A DNA stretch of 64,000 nt, from NCBI GenBank assembly GCA_964403535.1, contig CAYOFN010000001.1:2003-66002 (forward strand), in the 5' to 3' direction. Under the pieces are notes generated by a model, which searched no databases, had not been told where the DNA came from, and saw only the letters and a list, made by a program, of their open reading frames with translations. Shown here one piece after another: positions 1 through 9,220 of the stretch. This DNA is from Candidatus Woesearchaeota archaeon (lineage in GTDB: Archaea > Nanobdellota > Nanobdellia > Pacearchaeales > GW2011-AR1). Made by a program: the position numbers and the translations under genes. Positions within the stretch are counted from its first letter, which is position 1. Each line of letters opens with the position of its first letter.

Positions 1-2203
1 TTCCAACACCTCTGTCTACTGAACCTTTATTAAGAATAAGTGCATCTTCCATATTATATCCTTCATGAGTCATCACAGCCACAATTACATTCTGTCCTGC
101 AGGATGAACATTAAGTGTATCATAAACAACACTTCTTACAATTGGTTTTTGAGGATAATGAAGAATGCTTACATCTGTATCTAACCTACATAGAAAATTA
201 GCAGCATATAGCCCCAGAGCCTGTTTCTGTGTCTTGCTTCCTCTTATAAGTCTACTTCCCTGGTCGTGATTTACATACGGAATAAGAGAGGTAACTAATC
301 CAAATATATCAAGTGAATCAATCTCAAGATGAGTATGTTCAGGAGTTAAATCTTTTTTATCTAGAGCAACTAATGAATTTTCTTCTTCAGCAGCATCTAG
401 ATACTCAATCACTCCCTGATCTACTAAACCATTCCATGAAATTGAATTTTCTTTAAGTGCCTGAATATGCTCTTGTTTTAGTCTGTCTTCTCCATTATCT
501 ACAATTATCAGTGGTCTAAGAACTCTTCCAACTTCAGTTGAAAGCCAGATAATATCAAGTGAGGGGTCATATCTTACACTTAATTGTACAGGAAGACGAG
601 ATTTTCTTCTATGCTCTCTTATTACTCTTATGAACTCAAAGGCATTCTCTATCTGCCCTATAAGCCTTCCATTGTAGAATATGTCTTTTCCCTTTACTTC
701 TTTCTCTGTTTTCATTCCAGATTCTTTAAGTATCCTTTGTAATTCCTCTTCATCAAAAAAAACAGCAGTTGATATCTTTGAGAGTATTGCAAGGTTTTTT
801 CTTAATCCAATCTCAGTTCCTTCAGGAGTTTCAATCGGACAGAATCTTCCATAGTGTGTAGGATGAAGTGTTCTTGCCAGAAAATTCTCCTGTTCTCCAG
901 GCAACATGCTTGAAACTCTCTGTAATTGTGAGAGTATTGCAAGATAATTAGTCTTATCCATATTCTGAGTTACTCCTGTTCTCTCACCAATCCAGTTACC
1001 AGTAGCAATTGCTGACTCAACTCTGTGAGTAAACAAAGTTGATTTTGCTATAGTCTTGATAGAATAAAATTTTTTTCTTTTCTGAATTTTTTGAAGAGAG
1101 TGTTGTATGTCCCTTAATAAAATATTTAGATTCACCCTAAACAAATCTGAGAGTAAATCTCCACTTAATCTGACTCTTTTATTTGCATAGTGGTCTTTAT
1201 CTGTTAAACTTAGAGGGTTCTCCTTTGCAACAATAAACTGTTTTATAAACTTACATAAAGTAACTGCCTTTTCAAGCCTGGAATTTTTGTCAAGTCCAAT
1301 ATGAGGAAGAAGGTAAGAATCAATTCTTTGTTTTATTCTGTCTAAAATCTCCTTTTTTGTTCCCTGAAGAGCAGTTTTCTCAGCAATCCAGAGCATTGCT
1401 TCTTCAGGAGTTTTTATAGAAGCAAATTCATATAAATTTACAATTAATAAATCAGTCTCTTTTCCAACATACTGGGCAATATCAGACTCTTTACTCATTC
1501 CCATGGCTTTTAGCATAACTACTGCAGGAATATTCTTGAATCTTGAAAAAGAAACATCAATTAATCCCTCATTTGTATCATTTATTGAAATAGGTATTCT
1601 ATAACTCCCTCTTTGTGAGAAGAGCCTCAGCATAAGTTTTCCTTTTGATCTTTCTATAAACGGCTGATTTGCAGCTAAGTCCTCAGTCATCACCATAACT
1701 CTCTCATTACCATTAATAATAAAGTACCCTCCCTGGTCAAGAGGATCCACATAATGCTTAATCAACTCCTCTTTTGTCATTCCGCAAATATTACATGCCT
1801 GGCTTTTTACCATTACCGGTATCCTTCCTATTTCCACTTCCTGGCTTTCAACCTGATTATTTTGCTTTATGCTTATTTCAAGAAAAATAGGAGAAGAATA
1901 TGTAAGATTCCTGATTCTTGCTTCAGCAGGAGTTATCTTATTCTGGCTTCCATCTGCTTCTATAATCACTGGTTTCTCTACTCTTATTTTTCCAAGAGAA
2001 ATTTCAATCTCCTCTTTTGGCAGGTTTTTATTTAAATCATTTACAATTTCCTGCATTCTTTTTTCAATGAAATTGTTAAATGAAGTGAGATTGCTTTCAA
2101 CAAGGCTATGCTGTTCCAAATACTTCTTTAAAAGAATATGTTTCTCTTTCTCTGGACTATTCTTTTCTTCCTTTTTCTCTTGCAGTTTATTCTCTTGTTC
2201 CAT
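1..2203 (-). CDS. rpoB: DNA-directed RNA polymerase subunit B, N-terminal part (gene continues past the window start; start codon ~2201-2203)
   Basis: The reverse-strand translation of 1-2203 is one long open frame starting MEQENKLQEKKEE. It contains Rpb2/RpoB-like motifs (GRFCPIETPEGTEIGLRKNLA). It is not in the ORF track because it runs off the window edge. rpoH lies immediately upstream, the archaeal rpoH-rpoB order. Confidence 0.8.
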   Translation of the reverse strand, partial: MEQENKLQEKKEEKNSPEKEKHILLKKYLEQHSLVESNLTSFNNFIEKRMQEIVNDLNKNLPKEEIEISLGKIRVEKPVIIEADGSQNKITPAEARIRNLTYSSPIFLEISIKQNNQVESQEVEIGRIPVMVKSQACNICGMTKEELIKHYVDPLDQGGYFIINGNERVMVMTEDLAANQPFIERSKGKLMLRLFSQRGSYRIPISINDTNEGLIDVSFSRFKNIPAVVMLKAMGMSKESDIAQYVGKETDLLIVNLYEFASIKTPEEAMLWIAEKTALQGTKKEILDRIKQRIDSYLLPHIGLDKNSRLEKAVTLCKFIKQFIVAKENPLSLTDKDHYANKRVRLSGDLLSDLFRVNLNILLRDIQHSLQKIQKRKKFYSIKTIAKSTLFTHRVESAIATGNWIGERTGVTQNMDKTNYLAILSQLQRVSSMLPGEQENFLARTLHPTHYGRFCPIETPEGTEIGLRKNLAILSKISTAVFFDEEELQRILKESGMKTEKEVKGKDIFYNGRLIGQIENAFEFIRVIREHRRKSRLPVQLSVRYDPSLDIIWLSTEVGRVLRPLIIVDNGEDRLKQEHIQALKENSISWNGLVDQGVIEYLDAAEEENSLVALDKKDLTPEHTHLEIDSLDIFGLVTSLIPYVNHDQGSRLIRGSKTQKQALGLYAANFLCRLDTDVSILHYPQKPIVRSVVYDTLNVHPAGQNVIVAVMTHEGYNMEDALILNKGSVDRGVG

Positions 2204-2218
2204 ACTTCTCTCTTAACT

Positions 2219-2425
2219 TTAAATAACAACTCTATAAAATTCAACAACCTCTTTGTCATTTCTTCTCTCAATCTTAATCACATCACCTTCGTTGCATCCT
2301 TCAGGAAGCGCAGGGTCTGTAAACTTTATTTTAGGCAGTTGAAGTAACGAAATATTAAATTTATTAAGAAGGCTCTCAACCTCTTGAGATTTCATTTTTG
2401 TGTGTTTTGGTTGAAGGGCGTGCAT
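2219..2425 (-). CDS. rpoH: RNA polymerase subunit H (Rpb5 homolog)
   Basis: 68 aa with LPKIKFTDPALPEGCNEGDVIKIERR...FYRVV, resembling archaeal RpoH (LPKI..DP....KEGDVV....YR.V). It sits immediately upstream of rpoB on the same strand. Confidence 0.7.
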   Translation of the reverse strand: MHALQPKHTKMKSQEVESLLNKFNISLLQLPKIKFTDPALPEGCNEGDVIKIERRNDKEVVEFYRVVI

Positions 2426-2532
2426 TTTTTAGTATATTGAAATTTTATATGGATTTGTCTAAAAATCACAAAATTACCATTACTACTTTATAATAAAAAA
2501 ATAACTAAAAGTAGGTTTTTAAATCTATCTAT

Positions 2533-3396
2533 CTATTTCTTCCTAAATCTCCCTCTGCCCTTAAAGACAATCTCTGTATGAGGATAAGCAATCTCAACAT
2601 CTTTTTCTTTTTTTATCCGGTCATAAACCTCTTTTGTGATATTACTAGTAACCTCCTGCATACTCCTCACAGGTGCAAAAAATCTTACTTTAACTCTCAT
2701 TGAACTTGCTTCCATGTTCACTCTTACACTTGGCTCTTTATTAGTTTCTTTTAAGTGTTCTTTTATAAATTTAAGAGAAGATTCTTTAATTATCTTTATA
2801 GCTTTATCAAGATTACTTTCATAGGTTATATCTACAACAACTTCTCCAAGAATATAATCATTAGTAAGTGTGTAATTTATTATATTATGCTCAAAAAGAA
2901 GATGATTTGGAATCATTATATTTTTTCCAGACATCTGATCACTATTAACCTGTCCACCAACTTCATCAATGTAAATATGAGTAAGAGTTATATCATAAAC
3001 CTCTCCACCAACATTCCCAATCATAATTCTGTCACCAATTCTAAAAGGCCTTTTTAATACAACCATAATCCAAGCTGCAATGCCGGTTATTGGTTTTTGT
3101 AAAGCAAATCCTAATCCTGCAGTGAATAATCCTGCAAATATTCCAAGTCCTGCCCACGAACCAATATATGAAAAAAAAGCAATCATTACAACGAGAATCA
3201 CAAAAATAATATAAATGATTCTTGTAAAAACTTTAATATTTGATATTTGGCTTTTTGTCCTCGCTTTTTTGAGAAGATACCTTTTTATAAATCCAAGTAT
3301 AAAATTAAATATCCCTATCACCAGGAGAACAAATACAATTGATAAAACCAGAGGGAGATTGCTTTTTATTAACTCAACACCATTTGAAAAAACCAT
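2533..3396 (-). CDS. MscS-family small-conductance mechanosensitive channel
   Basis: 287 aa with N-terminal TM helices followed by an MscS-like beta domain (GDRIMIGNVGGEVYDITLTHIYIDE...). Confidence 0.65.
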   Translation of the reverse strand: MVFSNGVELIKSNLPLVLSIVFVLLVIGIFNFILGFIKRYLLKKARTKSQISNIKVFTRIIYIIFVILVVMIAFFSYIGSWAGLGIFAGLFTAGLGFALQKPITGIAAWIMVVLKRPFRIGDRIMIGNVGGEVYDITLTHIYIDEVGGQVNSDQMSGKNIMIPNHLLFEHNIINYTLTNDYILGEVVVDITYESNLDKAIKIIKESSLKFIKEHLKETNKEPSVRVNMEASSMRVKVRFFAPVRSMQEVTSNITKEVYDRIKKEKDVEIAYPHTEIVFKGRGRFRKK

Positions 3397-3443
3397 AAAG
3401 AGAAAAAGTAATTTTTATTTAAAAACCTTTGTTTCTATAAAAA

Positions 3444-3579
3444 TGGCTCCGGAGGGATTTGAACCCTCGACACCTGGCTTACTTCTAAAAGCAGTTTGTT
3501 TTTTTGTCTTTTTGAAGGACTGAAAAACTTGCTTTTTCAGTAAAAGGCCAGTGCTCTAACCGGGCTGAGCTACGGAACC
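3444..3579 (-). tRNA. tRNA-Lys(UUU) candidate with ~61-nt intron in the anticodon loop
   Basis: Reverse strand reads GGTTCCG-TA-GCTCAGCCCGGTTAGAGC-A-CTGGC-CTTTTA[intron]A-GCCAG-GTGTC-GAGGGTTCAAATCCCTC-CGGAGCC-A. Acceptor, D, anticodon and T arms all pair, and the T-loop is TTCAAAT. The anticodon assignment depends on the intron position, canonical 37/38 being assumed. No CCA is encoded. Confidence 0.55.
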
Positions 3580-3720
3580 TTAGCCCAAAAAAGAACTTTA
3601 CATTTTTAAATATATCGAGAACTACATTAAGAGAGGTATAGACAAATTTCCTTTAATTAATCAGGAAAATTATTTATGAGTCTACTTTAAGCATCGCTCT
3701 CTCAATTCCAAATCAAAGGA

Positions 3721-4029
3721 CTACTTAAACTTAGAAATCTTTTCATAAAGAACTTCTTCAGCAACTTGTCCTACAATCCTCTCTACTTCTTTTCCATCTT
3801 TGAAAATAACTATACACGGAATGGACATTATGCTGTACTTTTCAGCTAATTCAGGGTCATCATCAATATTAATCTTACCAAAGTTTATTTCAGAAAATTT
3901 CTCAGCCATCTCATCAAAAACAGGAGCCATCATCAAACAAGGCATGCACCACTCTGCAAAAAAGTCAATTACAGCAGTTCCACTCTTAATAAACTCTTCA
4001 AACTCTCCATTAGTGAGTTCTTTTACCAT
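3721..4029 (-). CDS. trxA: thioredoxin
   Basis: 102 aa with the WCMPC active-site motif in thioredoxin-fold context (FFAEWCMPC...VPT-like). Confidence 0.85.
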   Translation of the reverse strand: MVKELTNGEFEEFIKSGTAVIDFFAEWCMPCLMMAPVFDEMAEKFSEINFGKINIDDDPELAEKYSIMSIPCIVIFKDGKEVERIVGQVAEEVLYEKISKFK

Positions 4030-4193
4030 TGTAAAATGGAAAATTTTTTGCTTAATAAACCTTTTGATTAAGGGGGTTTTGGTTAACTGGACTTGCCCAT
4101 CTCCCTCAAATAGTAAAAATATTCAAAACTAAAAGTGCTCAAGATTTATCCCTAATAACCAATTCACTAGAGGGTTTTCAATTAATTCTCGTT

Positions 4194-4625
4194 CTACTTA
4201 ACGCCACTAGAAGTAAATCTCCCCTCTCCTCTCTCTGTATCACTCAACTCTTCAGATTCCTCAATTACTGCTTCTGAAACAGGCTGAATAACCAATTGTG
4301 CAATCCGATCTCCTTTCTCAATCTTAAAATTATCTTCAGATAAATTCTTTAAAACAATCATCAATTCTCCTCTATAATTTGAGTCTAATACTCCTGCCAT
4401 TGTATGTATCCCGTGTTTTGCAGCCATTCCTCCTCTGTCCCAAACCAATCCAACCTGTCCCTCAGGCAATTCAATAGCAATCCCACTTTTTACAACTCTT
4501 TTCTCCCCTGCTTTTAAGACAAGAGTCTCAGCAGAACGTATATCAAGTGCAGCATCTCCCTCTCTTGAGTACTTAGGAAGTTCAATCTCCTTATCAATTC
4601 TTTTTATTTTTATGTTTATTTTCAT
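4194..4625 (-). CDS. dut: dUTP diphosphatase (dUTPase / dCTP deaminase superfamily)
   Basis: 143 aa with dUTPase motifs (DIRSAE, VKSGIAIELPEG, GVLDSNYRGEL, C-terminal Gly-rich RFTSSG). Its stop overlaps the nrdG start. Confidence 0.65.
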   Translation of the reverse strand: MKINIKIKRIDKEIELPKYSREGDAALDIRSAETLVLKAGEKRVVKSGIAIELPEGQVGLVWDRGGMAAKHGIHTMAGVLDSNYRGELMIVLKNLSEDNFKIEKGDRIAQLVIQPVSEAVIEESEELSDTERGEGRFTSSGVK

Positions 4626-5392
4626 TATCTTATTTCACATCTGGGAAAATAGGTTTTTATTACTTTCTGAAATCTCTCTAAAACTTCTTTAGGGGTCTGG
4701 TGCATTTCAAAAGGCAGATTTTCTTTATTAAACTTACTCGAGAGTATCTCTCCTCCCTCTCTTGAAACAAATCCCTGTATTATCCATAAACTTTTCTTAT
4801 TTTCACAAATATCAAAAACCCACTTTGCCATTTCTTCAATCTCTTCATTAAACATCCATCTTGCTTTTTTTCCATCAATAACAGGAACAACTGTTGTCCT
4901 AAACTCATACTTTTCAGAGTCTAGTTTGCTTAGAAGTTCGATACTCTCTTCAAGTTTTTTCAAATCAATACTTACTCCTGTGACTTCTTCATACAAAGAA
5001 GGAGAAGTTTTAATGTCCATAGCAACATAATCCACAAGGTTTTCCTCAACAATTTTCTTAAGCATTTGAGGATTAGAACCATTTGTATCAACTTTTACAC
5101 TTAATCCCATTTGTTTTAATTTTTTAAGAAGAATTGGAAGATCCTTCTGAAGTGTAGGCTCTCCCCCAGTAACACAAACCCCATTATACCATCCAGAATT
5201 AACTTTTCTTTTTATCTCCTTAAATTTTTCTTCTATGTCCTCATTTTTCCCAGGTTCATTTGTTTTTACTAATTCAGGATTATGACAAAAACCGCATCTA
5301 AAATTACATCCAGAAACAAAAATCACCGGCCCAAACTTTTTTCTATAATCAATACTGCTTTCAGAAATTATTTGTTTAATAATCATAATCAT
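4625..5392 (-). CDS. nrdG: anaerobic ribonucleotide reductase activating protein (radical SAM)
   Basis: Radical-SAM cysteine motif VSGCNFRCGFCHNPE. It lies immediately downstream of, and overlaps, nrdD. Confidence 0.8.
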   Translation of the reverse strand: MIMIIKQIISESSIDYRKKFGPVIFVSGCNFRCGFCHNPELVKTNEPGKNEDIEEKFKEIKRKVNSGWYNGVCVTGGEPTLQKDLPILLKKLKQMGLSVKVDTNGSNPQMLKKIVEENLVDYVAMDIKTSPSLYEEVTGVSIDLKKLEESIELLSKLDSEKYEFRTTVVPVIDGKKARWMFNEEIEEMAKWVFDICENKKSLWIIQGFVSREGGEILSSKFNKENLPFEMHQTPKEVLERFQKVIKTYFPRCEIR

Positions 5393-8300
5393 CCAGTCTG
5401 TTTTTAATTTCTATTTCTATTTCCTGAGGAGTAATCATCTCATCTTTTCCTGAAAGACTCTTAACTCCACAAACCCCTGCACTGCAATTAGAACTATAAA
5501 TCGTAGTTTTTCTCCAGTAACCCCTCTTGCCTGCAATTACTAAACTTGGAACACTATCAAGGGGCACACCATAAAAAGCAGCTTCAGCAAGGGCTTTTTC
5601 ATCTTTTGAATCAAGGTAATCTATTTTAAAATCAATCTTCATACTCAGATTTAAATCCTTTATCTTTCTCTCTATTTGTTCTTTTAAAATCTTGCAATTA
5701 GGACAGTCCTTTTTTCCAAATTCAATTAATATTAAACTCCCATTACCATTAGGATTATGCAACCAAGAAAGGTCTTTTCCAGCATAAAAATCCTCAGTCT
5801 TTTTTCTGTCTTCATAAATTCTTTTTTGAGAATTATTCCAGTGGGAGATTCTACTGTAATACCCTACAACTCTTGTAACATAAAACAAGGTATTTTTATC
5901 AAGAGTCTTTGGAGAACTATTTAAGCAATTTGGAGTAGTGCATAACTCCTTCTCTCCAGCCATAACCCCCCCACAAGCTTCACATTCAGTATAAGTAGGA
6001 GAAAAAACAAGCTGAGAACAAAGAGTATTCTCAAAAGTTTGTTTAATAAGATGTTTTATAGACTCTTTATCAGGTCTTTTCTCTCCAAGATATGCGTGGA
6101 TTATTGCTCCAGATTCAATCATCTCATGGAATTTGCTCTGTCCAATAATCCTATCAACAATTCCAACATTAGCATCAGGAGCAAAATGTATAGAGTTAGT
6201 GTAGTATGGGTCTTTTTCACTTCCTTTGATGACTTCTCTTGCTTTTTCAAAATATTTCCAGTCAACTTTAGCTAATCTTCTTGTTGCAGATTCTGCAGGA
6301 GTTTCTTCAATTGTAAATTTTAATCCAGTTCTCTCTTTAAATTCTTTAATTTTAATATACATATGAGCAATAATTTCAAGTCCAAGTTTGTATGCATCTT
6401 CACCTTCATGCAATTGCCTTCCACATAATGCCTGAACAGCTTCATTTAATCCAATACATCCGATAATATATGTTGCCTTTTTCAAGTCAATATAAGGTGT
6501 CCCATCATCACTTGGTTTTCCTAAATTTCTCATAGGCGAGCCATCTGTCTCTAATAGCTGAGTCATAAATTCAGCTTTTTGTTTATGTGCTTTTAATGCA
6601 AGCTCCATTGATTCATCAATCTCTCTAAATATACCCTCTTTTGTCTTTCCTTTATAACTTGCCTGAGCAAGATTAATAGTGACATTTTGAAACCCGCAGA
6701 ATCTTAACTTCTCAGGATATTTTAACATGGTTATATCTGTGATCTTTTCTTTTAATCTGCAACACTGAGCAAGAACAGCGTCATCTCCCCTGTCAAACAT
6801 GAAATACACTGATCCATTTTCAGATGCAACTTTAGAAGCAAAATCAAAAAGCTCAAATTGAACAGGATCCTTAAAAGTATTCTTGTCTATATGTAAATCG
6901 CATTTTGGAAAATGAAATGGTCTTCCATGTTTGTCTCCTCTTCTCCATATCTCAAGAAGGCTCTTTGCAAATTTCTGTGCAGTTCTTTCCAAGTCTCCAT
7001 AGGTTATTATTTTTCCCTTATCTAATTTAGAACTGTCTGCATCTCCATTTCTAGAGTCTTCTTTATCTTTTTCATTAAAAAATCTTGGAACCTCATGAAC
7101 TAATTCAACACTCTCATCAGGCATTTTAATCATATACATTCCTTTAGGCCCTATTGCAGGAACATTTTTCATATAATCTGGAACTCCAACATGAACATTA
7201 AAATCAATAAAAAGAGTCTGTCCTCCTCTTGAAAATGCATTTTGAGAAGCAGCAAATATTAAATTTTGGGCAACTTGTTCCATTTCTTTTTCTGAAACCT
7301 CTTTTAATTTCTTTTTTTTGTAAAGAACCTTAACTTCTTCAGGATTTATTGTTCCTTGTTCTACTAACTTCATAAAATCATTTTTTTCAAATTCATAATT
7401 TTTTCCATTCATACTTACTCCTATAGTATCCACAGGACGGTTTAATAGGGAGGAATAAAAGATGTTCAAAAAACCAAACCCCAGTGCACCTGCATAATGC
7501 GCTTGTAAAGAAGCTAAAAAAGTTTGTACATGCTGGCTTAGAACATGCGCTGAGTTTGGAGGATTGGATTTTGATTCAAGATTAGTTAGAACCTGATTTA
7601 ATCCGTATTTTTTAATATACTCAAGAGAGTGAGAAGAACAATAAACTCTTGCAGGATAACCTAAATCATGTATATGTATGGCTCCTTTAAGATGTGCCTC
7701 TGCAACATCAGAACTAAAAATATTTTCAAGAGCAAACTGTTTTTGGAGTCTTTCTGCAATCTCAAGATTTAATGCTTCAGGATTATTACTCGAAACATTA
7801 CTATTCTCAAGACTTTTGCTAAATAAGATCTTAGTAAAATCAGAAGTAGGAATTGCAAGTAAAGCTTGCTTTTTTCTCTGCATTTCCAATCCTTCTTGTT
7901 TTAGTATTAAGTCTACAATCCCACGAATGTCAGTAGTAGAGAATTTTCTTATCCCTCTCTGATACATATCTACAACAATATTCTCCACCATTTTAGATAC
8001 ATCTTTTGCAAGTTCAGGAGAGAGGTCTGCTTCTTCCTGAAGCTGTTCAACAATCTTTTCTCTTTTCCATGTGCCAATTATTTCTTTTGAGTCAGACTCG
8101 ATTAAAAGTGCAGTATCAGTAGAGTCTCCTCCTTCTTGTTTTGTTGCAATTGCTAGAACTTTCCTTGCTTCACCCCTCTTATTTTTATAATGAGTGTATG
8201 CTCTGGAGACATTCTTATATCCAAGCTCATTAGATGAATGAAGAATTGCTCTTTCAACCTCATTAATCTTTAGAACTCGTTTTCCAAACTCTCCATTAAT

Positions 8301-8450
8301 CTGATTCATAACTTTTTCAAAAATTTCTTCAGTAATTTTTTCATAACCTTCTGGGTTTGAAGAACTTGAAGCTTTCAAAATAGCTTTTTTAATTCTTCCA
8401 GAATCAAACCTATCAATCTTCCCACCTCTTTTTTCAATAAATCTTTGCAT
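5376..8450 (-). CDS. nrdD: class III (anaerobic) ribonucleoside-triphosphate reductase with N-terminal ATP-cone and C-terminal glutaredoxin-like domain
   Basis: 1024 aa with an N-terminal ATP-cone (MQRFIEKRGGKIDRFDSGRIKKAILKA), a Zn-ribbon (CEACG...CTTPNC) and a glycine-radical motif (TRVVGYYSRI). An additional ~125-aa C-terminal thioredoxin-fold segment follows (LILIEFGKKDCPNCK...VPSLVIAGK). Confidence 0.9.
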   Translation of the reverse strand: MQRFIEKRGGKIDRFDSGRIKKAILKASSSSNPEGYEKITEEIFEKVMNQINGEFGKRVLKINEVERAILHSSNELGYKNVSRAYTHYKNKRGEARKVLAIATKQEGGDSTDTALLIESDSKEIIGTWKREKIVEQLQEEADLSPELAKDVSKMVENIVVDMYQRGIRKFSTTDIRGIVDLILKQEGLEMQRKKQALLAIPTSDFTKILFSKSLENSNVSSNNPEALNLEIAERLQKQFALENIFSSDVAEAHLKGAIHIHDLGYPARVYCSSHSLEYIKKYGLNQVLTNLESKSNPPNSAHVLSQHVQTFLASLQAHYAGALGFGFLNIFYSSLLNRPVDTIGVSMNGKNYEFEKNDFMKLVEQGTINPEEVKVLYKKKKLKEVSEKEMEQVAQNLIFAASQNAFSRGGQTLFIDFNVHVGVPDYMKNVPAIGPKGMYMIKMPDESVELVHEVPRFFNEKDKEDSRNGDADSSKLDKGKIITYGDLERTAQKFAKSLLEIWRRGDKHGRPFHFPKCDLHIDKNTFKDPVQFELFDFASKVASENGSVYFMFDRGDDAVLAQCCRLKEKITDITMLKYPEKLRFCGFQNVTINLAQASYKGKTKEGIFREIDESMELALKAHKQKAEFMTQLLETDGSPMRNLGKPSDDGTPYIDLKKATYIIGCIGLNEAVQALCGRQLHEGEDAYKLGLEIIAHMYIKIKEFKERTGLKFTIEETPAESATRRLAKVDWKYFEKAREVIKGSEKDPYYTNSIHFAPDANVGIVDRIIGQSKFHEMIESGAIIHAYLGEKRPDKESIKHLIKQTFENTLCSQLVFSPTYTECEACGGVMAGEKELCTTPNCLNSSPKTLDKNTLFYVTRVVGYYSRISHWNNSQKRIYEDRKKTEDFYAGKDLSWLHNPNGNGSLILIEFGKKDCPNCKILKEQIERKIKDLNLSMKIDFKIDYLDSKDEKALAEAAFYGVPLDSVPSLVIAGKRGYWRKTTIYSSNCSAGVCGVKSLSGKDEMITPQEIEIEIKNRLDDYDY

Positions 8451-8451
8451 T

Positions 8452-8889
8452 TTATAGTATCTCCTTTATTTCTTTTTTAAAGTCTGTTAAATCTTTAAAA
8501 TCCCGGTATACTGAAGCAAACCTTATGTATGCTACCTGGTCAAGTTTTTTAAGCTTTTTTATTACCAACTCCCCAATTAAGCTACTTCTTACTTCATGTC
8601 CGTATTGTCTTAATCTTTCTTCTATATTATTTACTATCCACTCAATCTTCTCCTTTGAAACTGGCCTCTTTTCACAGGATTTATCTATACCTTGTTTTAA
8701 TTTTTCTCTTGAAAAAGGTTCTCTTCTCCCATCTTTTTTTATTACAAAAATTTCCAGAGGCTCTAATCTTTCATAAGTTGTAAATCTTTTCCCACATTTC
8801 AAACACTCTCTTCTTCTTCTTGTCTCATTCTTTGTATCTCTTTTGTCAGTAACCTTTGTATCTTCATTCGAACAGTATGGGCAGAGCAT
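8452..8889 (-). CDS. nrdR: NrdR-like transcriptional repressor (zinc ribbon plus ATP-cone)
   Basis: 145 aa starting MLCPYCSNEDTKVTDKRDTKNETRRRRECLKCGKRFTTYE, the NrdR Zn-ribbon signature, followed by an ATP-cone. It lies directly upstream of nrdD. Confidence 0.8.
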   Translation of the reverse strand: MLCPYCSNEDTKVTDKRDTKNETRRRRECLKCGKRFTTYERLEPLEIFVIKKDGRREPFSREKLKQGIDKSCEKRPVSKEKIEWIVNNIEERLRQYGHEVRSSLIGELVIKKLKKLDQVAYIRFASVYRDFKDLTDFKKEIKEIL

Positions 8890-9041
8890 TTTTGTTTTAG
8901 TCTTTTCCTCTTTTATTTCTTTGCTTGTTTATTTGCTATGATTTGAAACGAAAGTGCGAACCAGAGCATTTTTGTTTTAGTCTTTTCCTCTTTTATTTCT
9001 TTGCTTGTTTATTTGCTATGATTTGAAACGAAAGTGCGAAC
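8882..9041. repeat. 80-bp perfect tandem direct duplication (2 copies) covering the nrdR start codon and 5' region
   Basis: The unit cagagcatttttgttttagtcttttcctcttttatttctttgcttgtttatttgctatgatttgaaacgaaagtgcgaac occurs at 8882-8961 and again at 8962-9041 with no mismatches. Confidence 0.9.
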
Positions 9042-9220
9042 AAGCCTCTCTTTTGTTATTTTTAAGTTACTACAAGATATGGTAGGTAATCACTCTTAAA
9101 CCACAACATCTTGTAGGTTGTAAGAGAATCAAATCAAATCTCTTTTTAAACTTTTCTATGCTCTAGAATACATCTTTAAAAAACAATAAGGTTTTAAAAC
9201 AATCTTTCCTTTTTTTTAGT

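Noticed and set aside
3215-3523. 102-aa plus-strand ORF (MILVKTLIFDIW...MAPEGFEPSTPG)
   Set aside because: It overlaps the MscS gene and the minus-strand tRNA. The peptide FEPSTPG is simply the complement of the tRNA T-arm. Spurious.
6039-7962. Plus-strand ORFs 6039-6275 and 7678-7962 inside nrdD
   Set aside because: They are antisense to a well-supported 1024-aa gene and low-complexity. Treated as shadow ORFs, as are 1754-2216 (antisense to rpoB), 2636-3057, 11160-11375, 13936-14558, 17434-17827, 19534-19773, 22635-23005, 25071-25334, 25910-26551, 27364-27636, 28077-28295, 28911-29435 and other antisense track entries.
8882-9041. Possible CRISPR-like repeat
   Set aside because: It is only two directly abutting 80-bp copies with no spacers, and it includes a coding start. 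This is a tandem duplication, not a CRISPR array.
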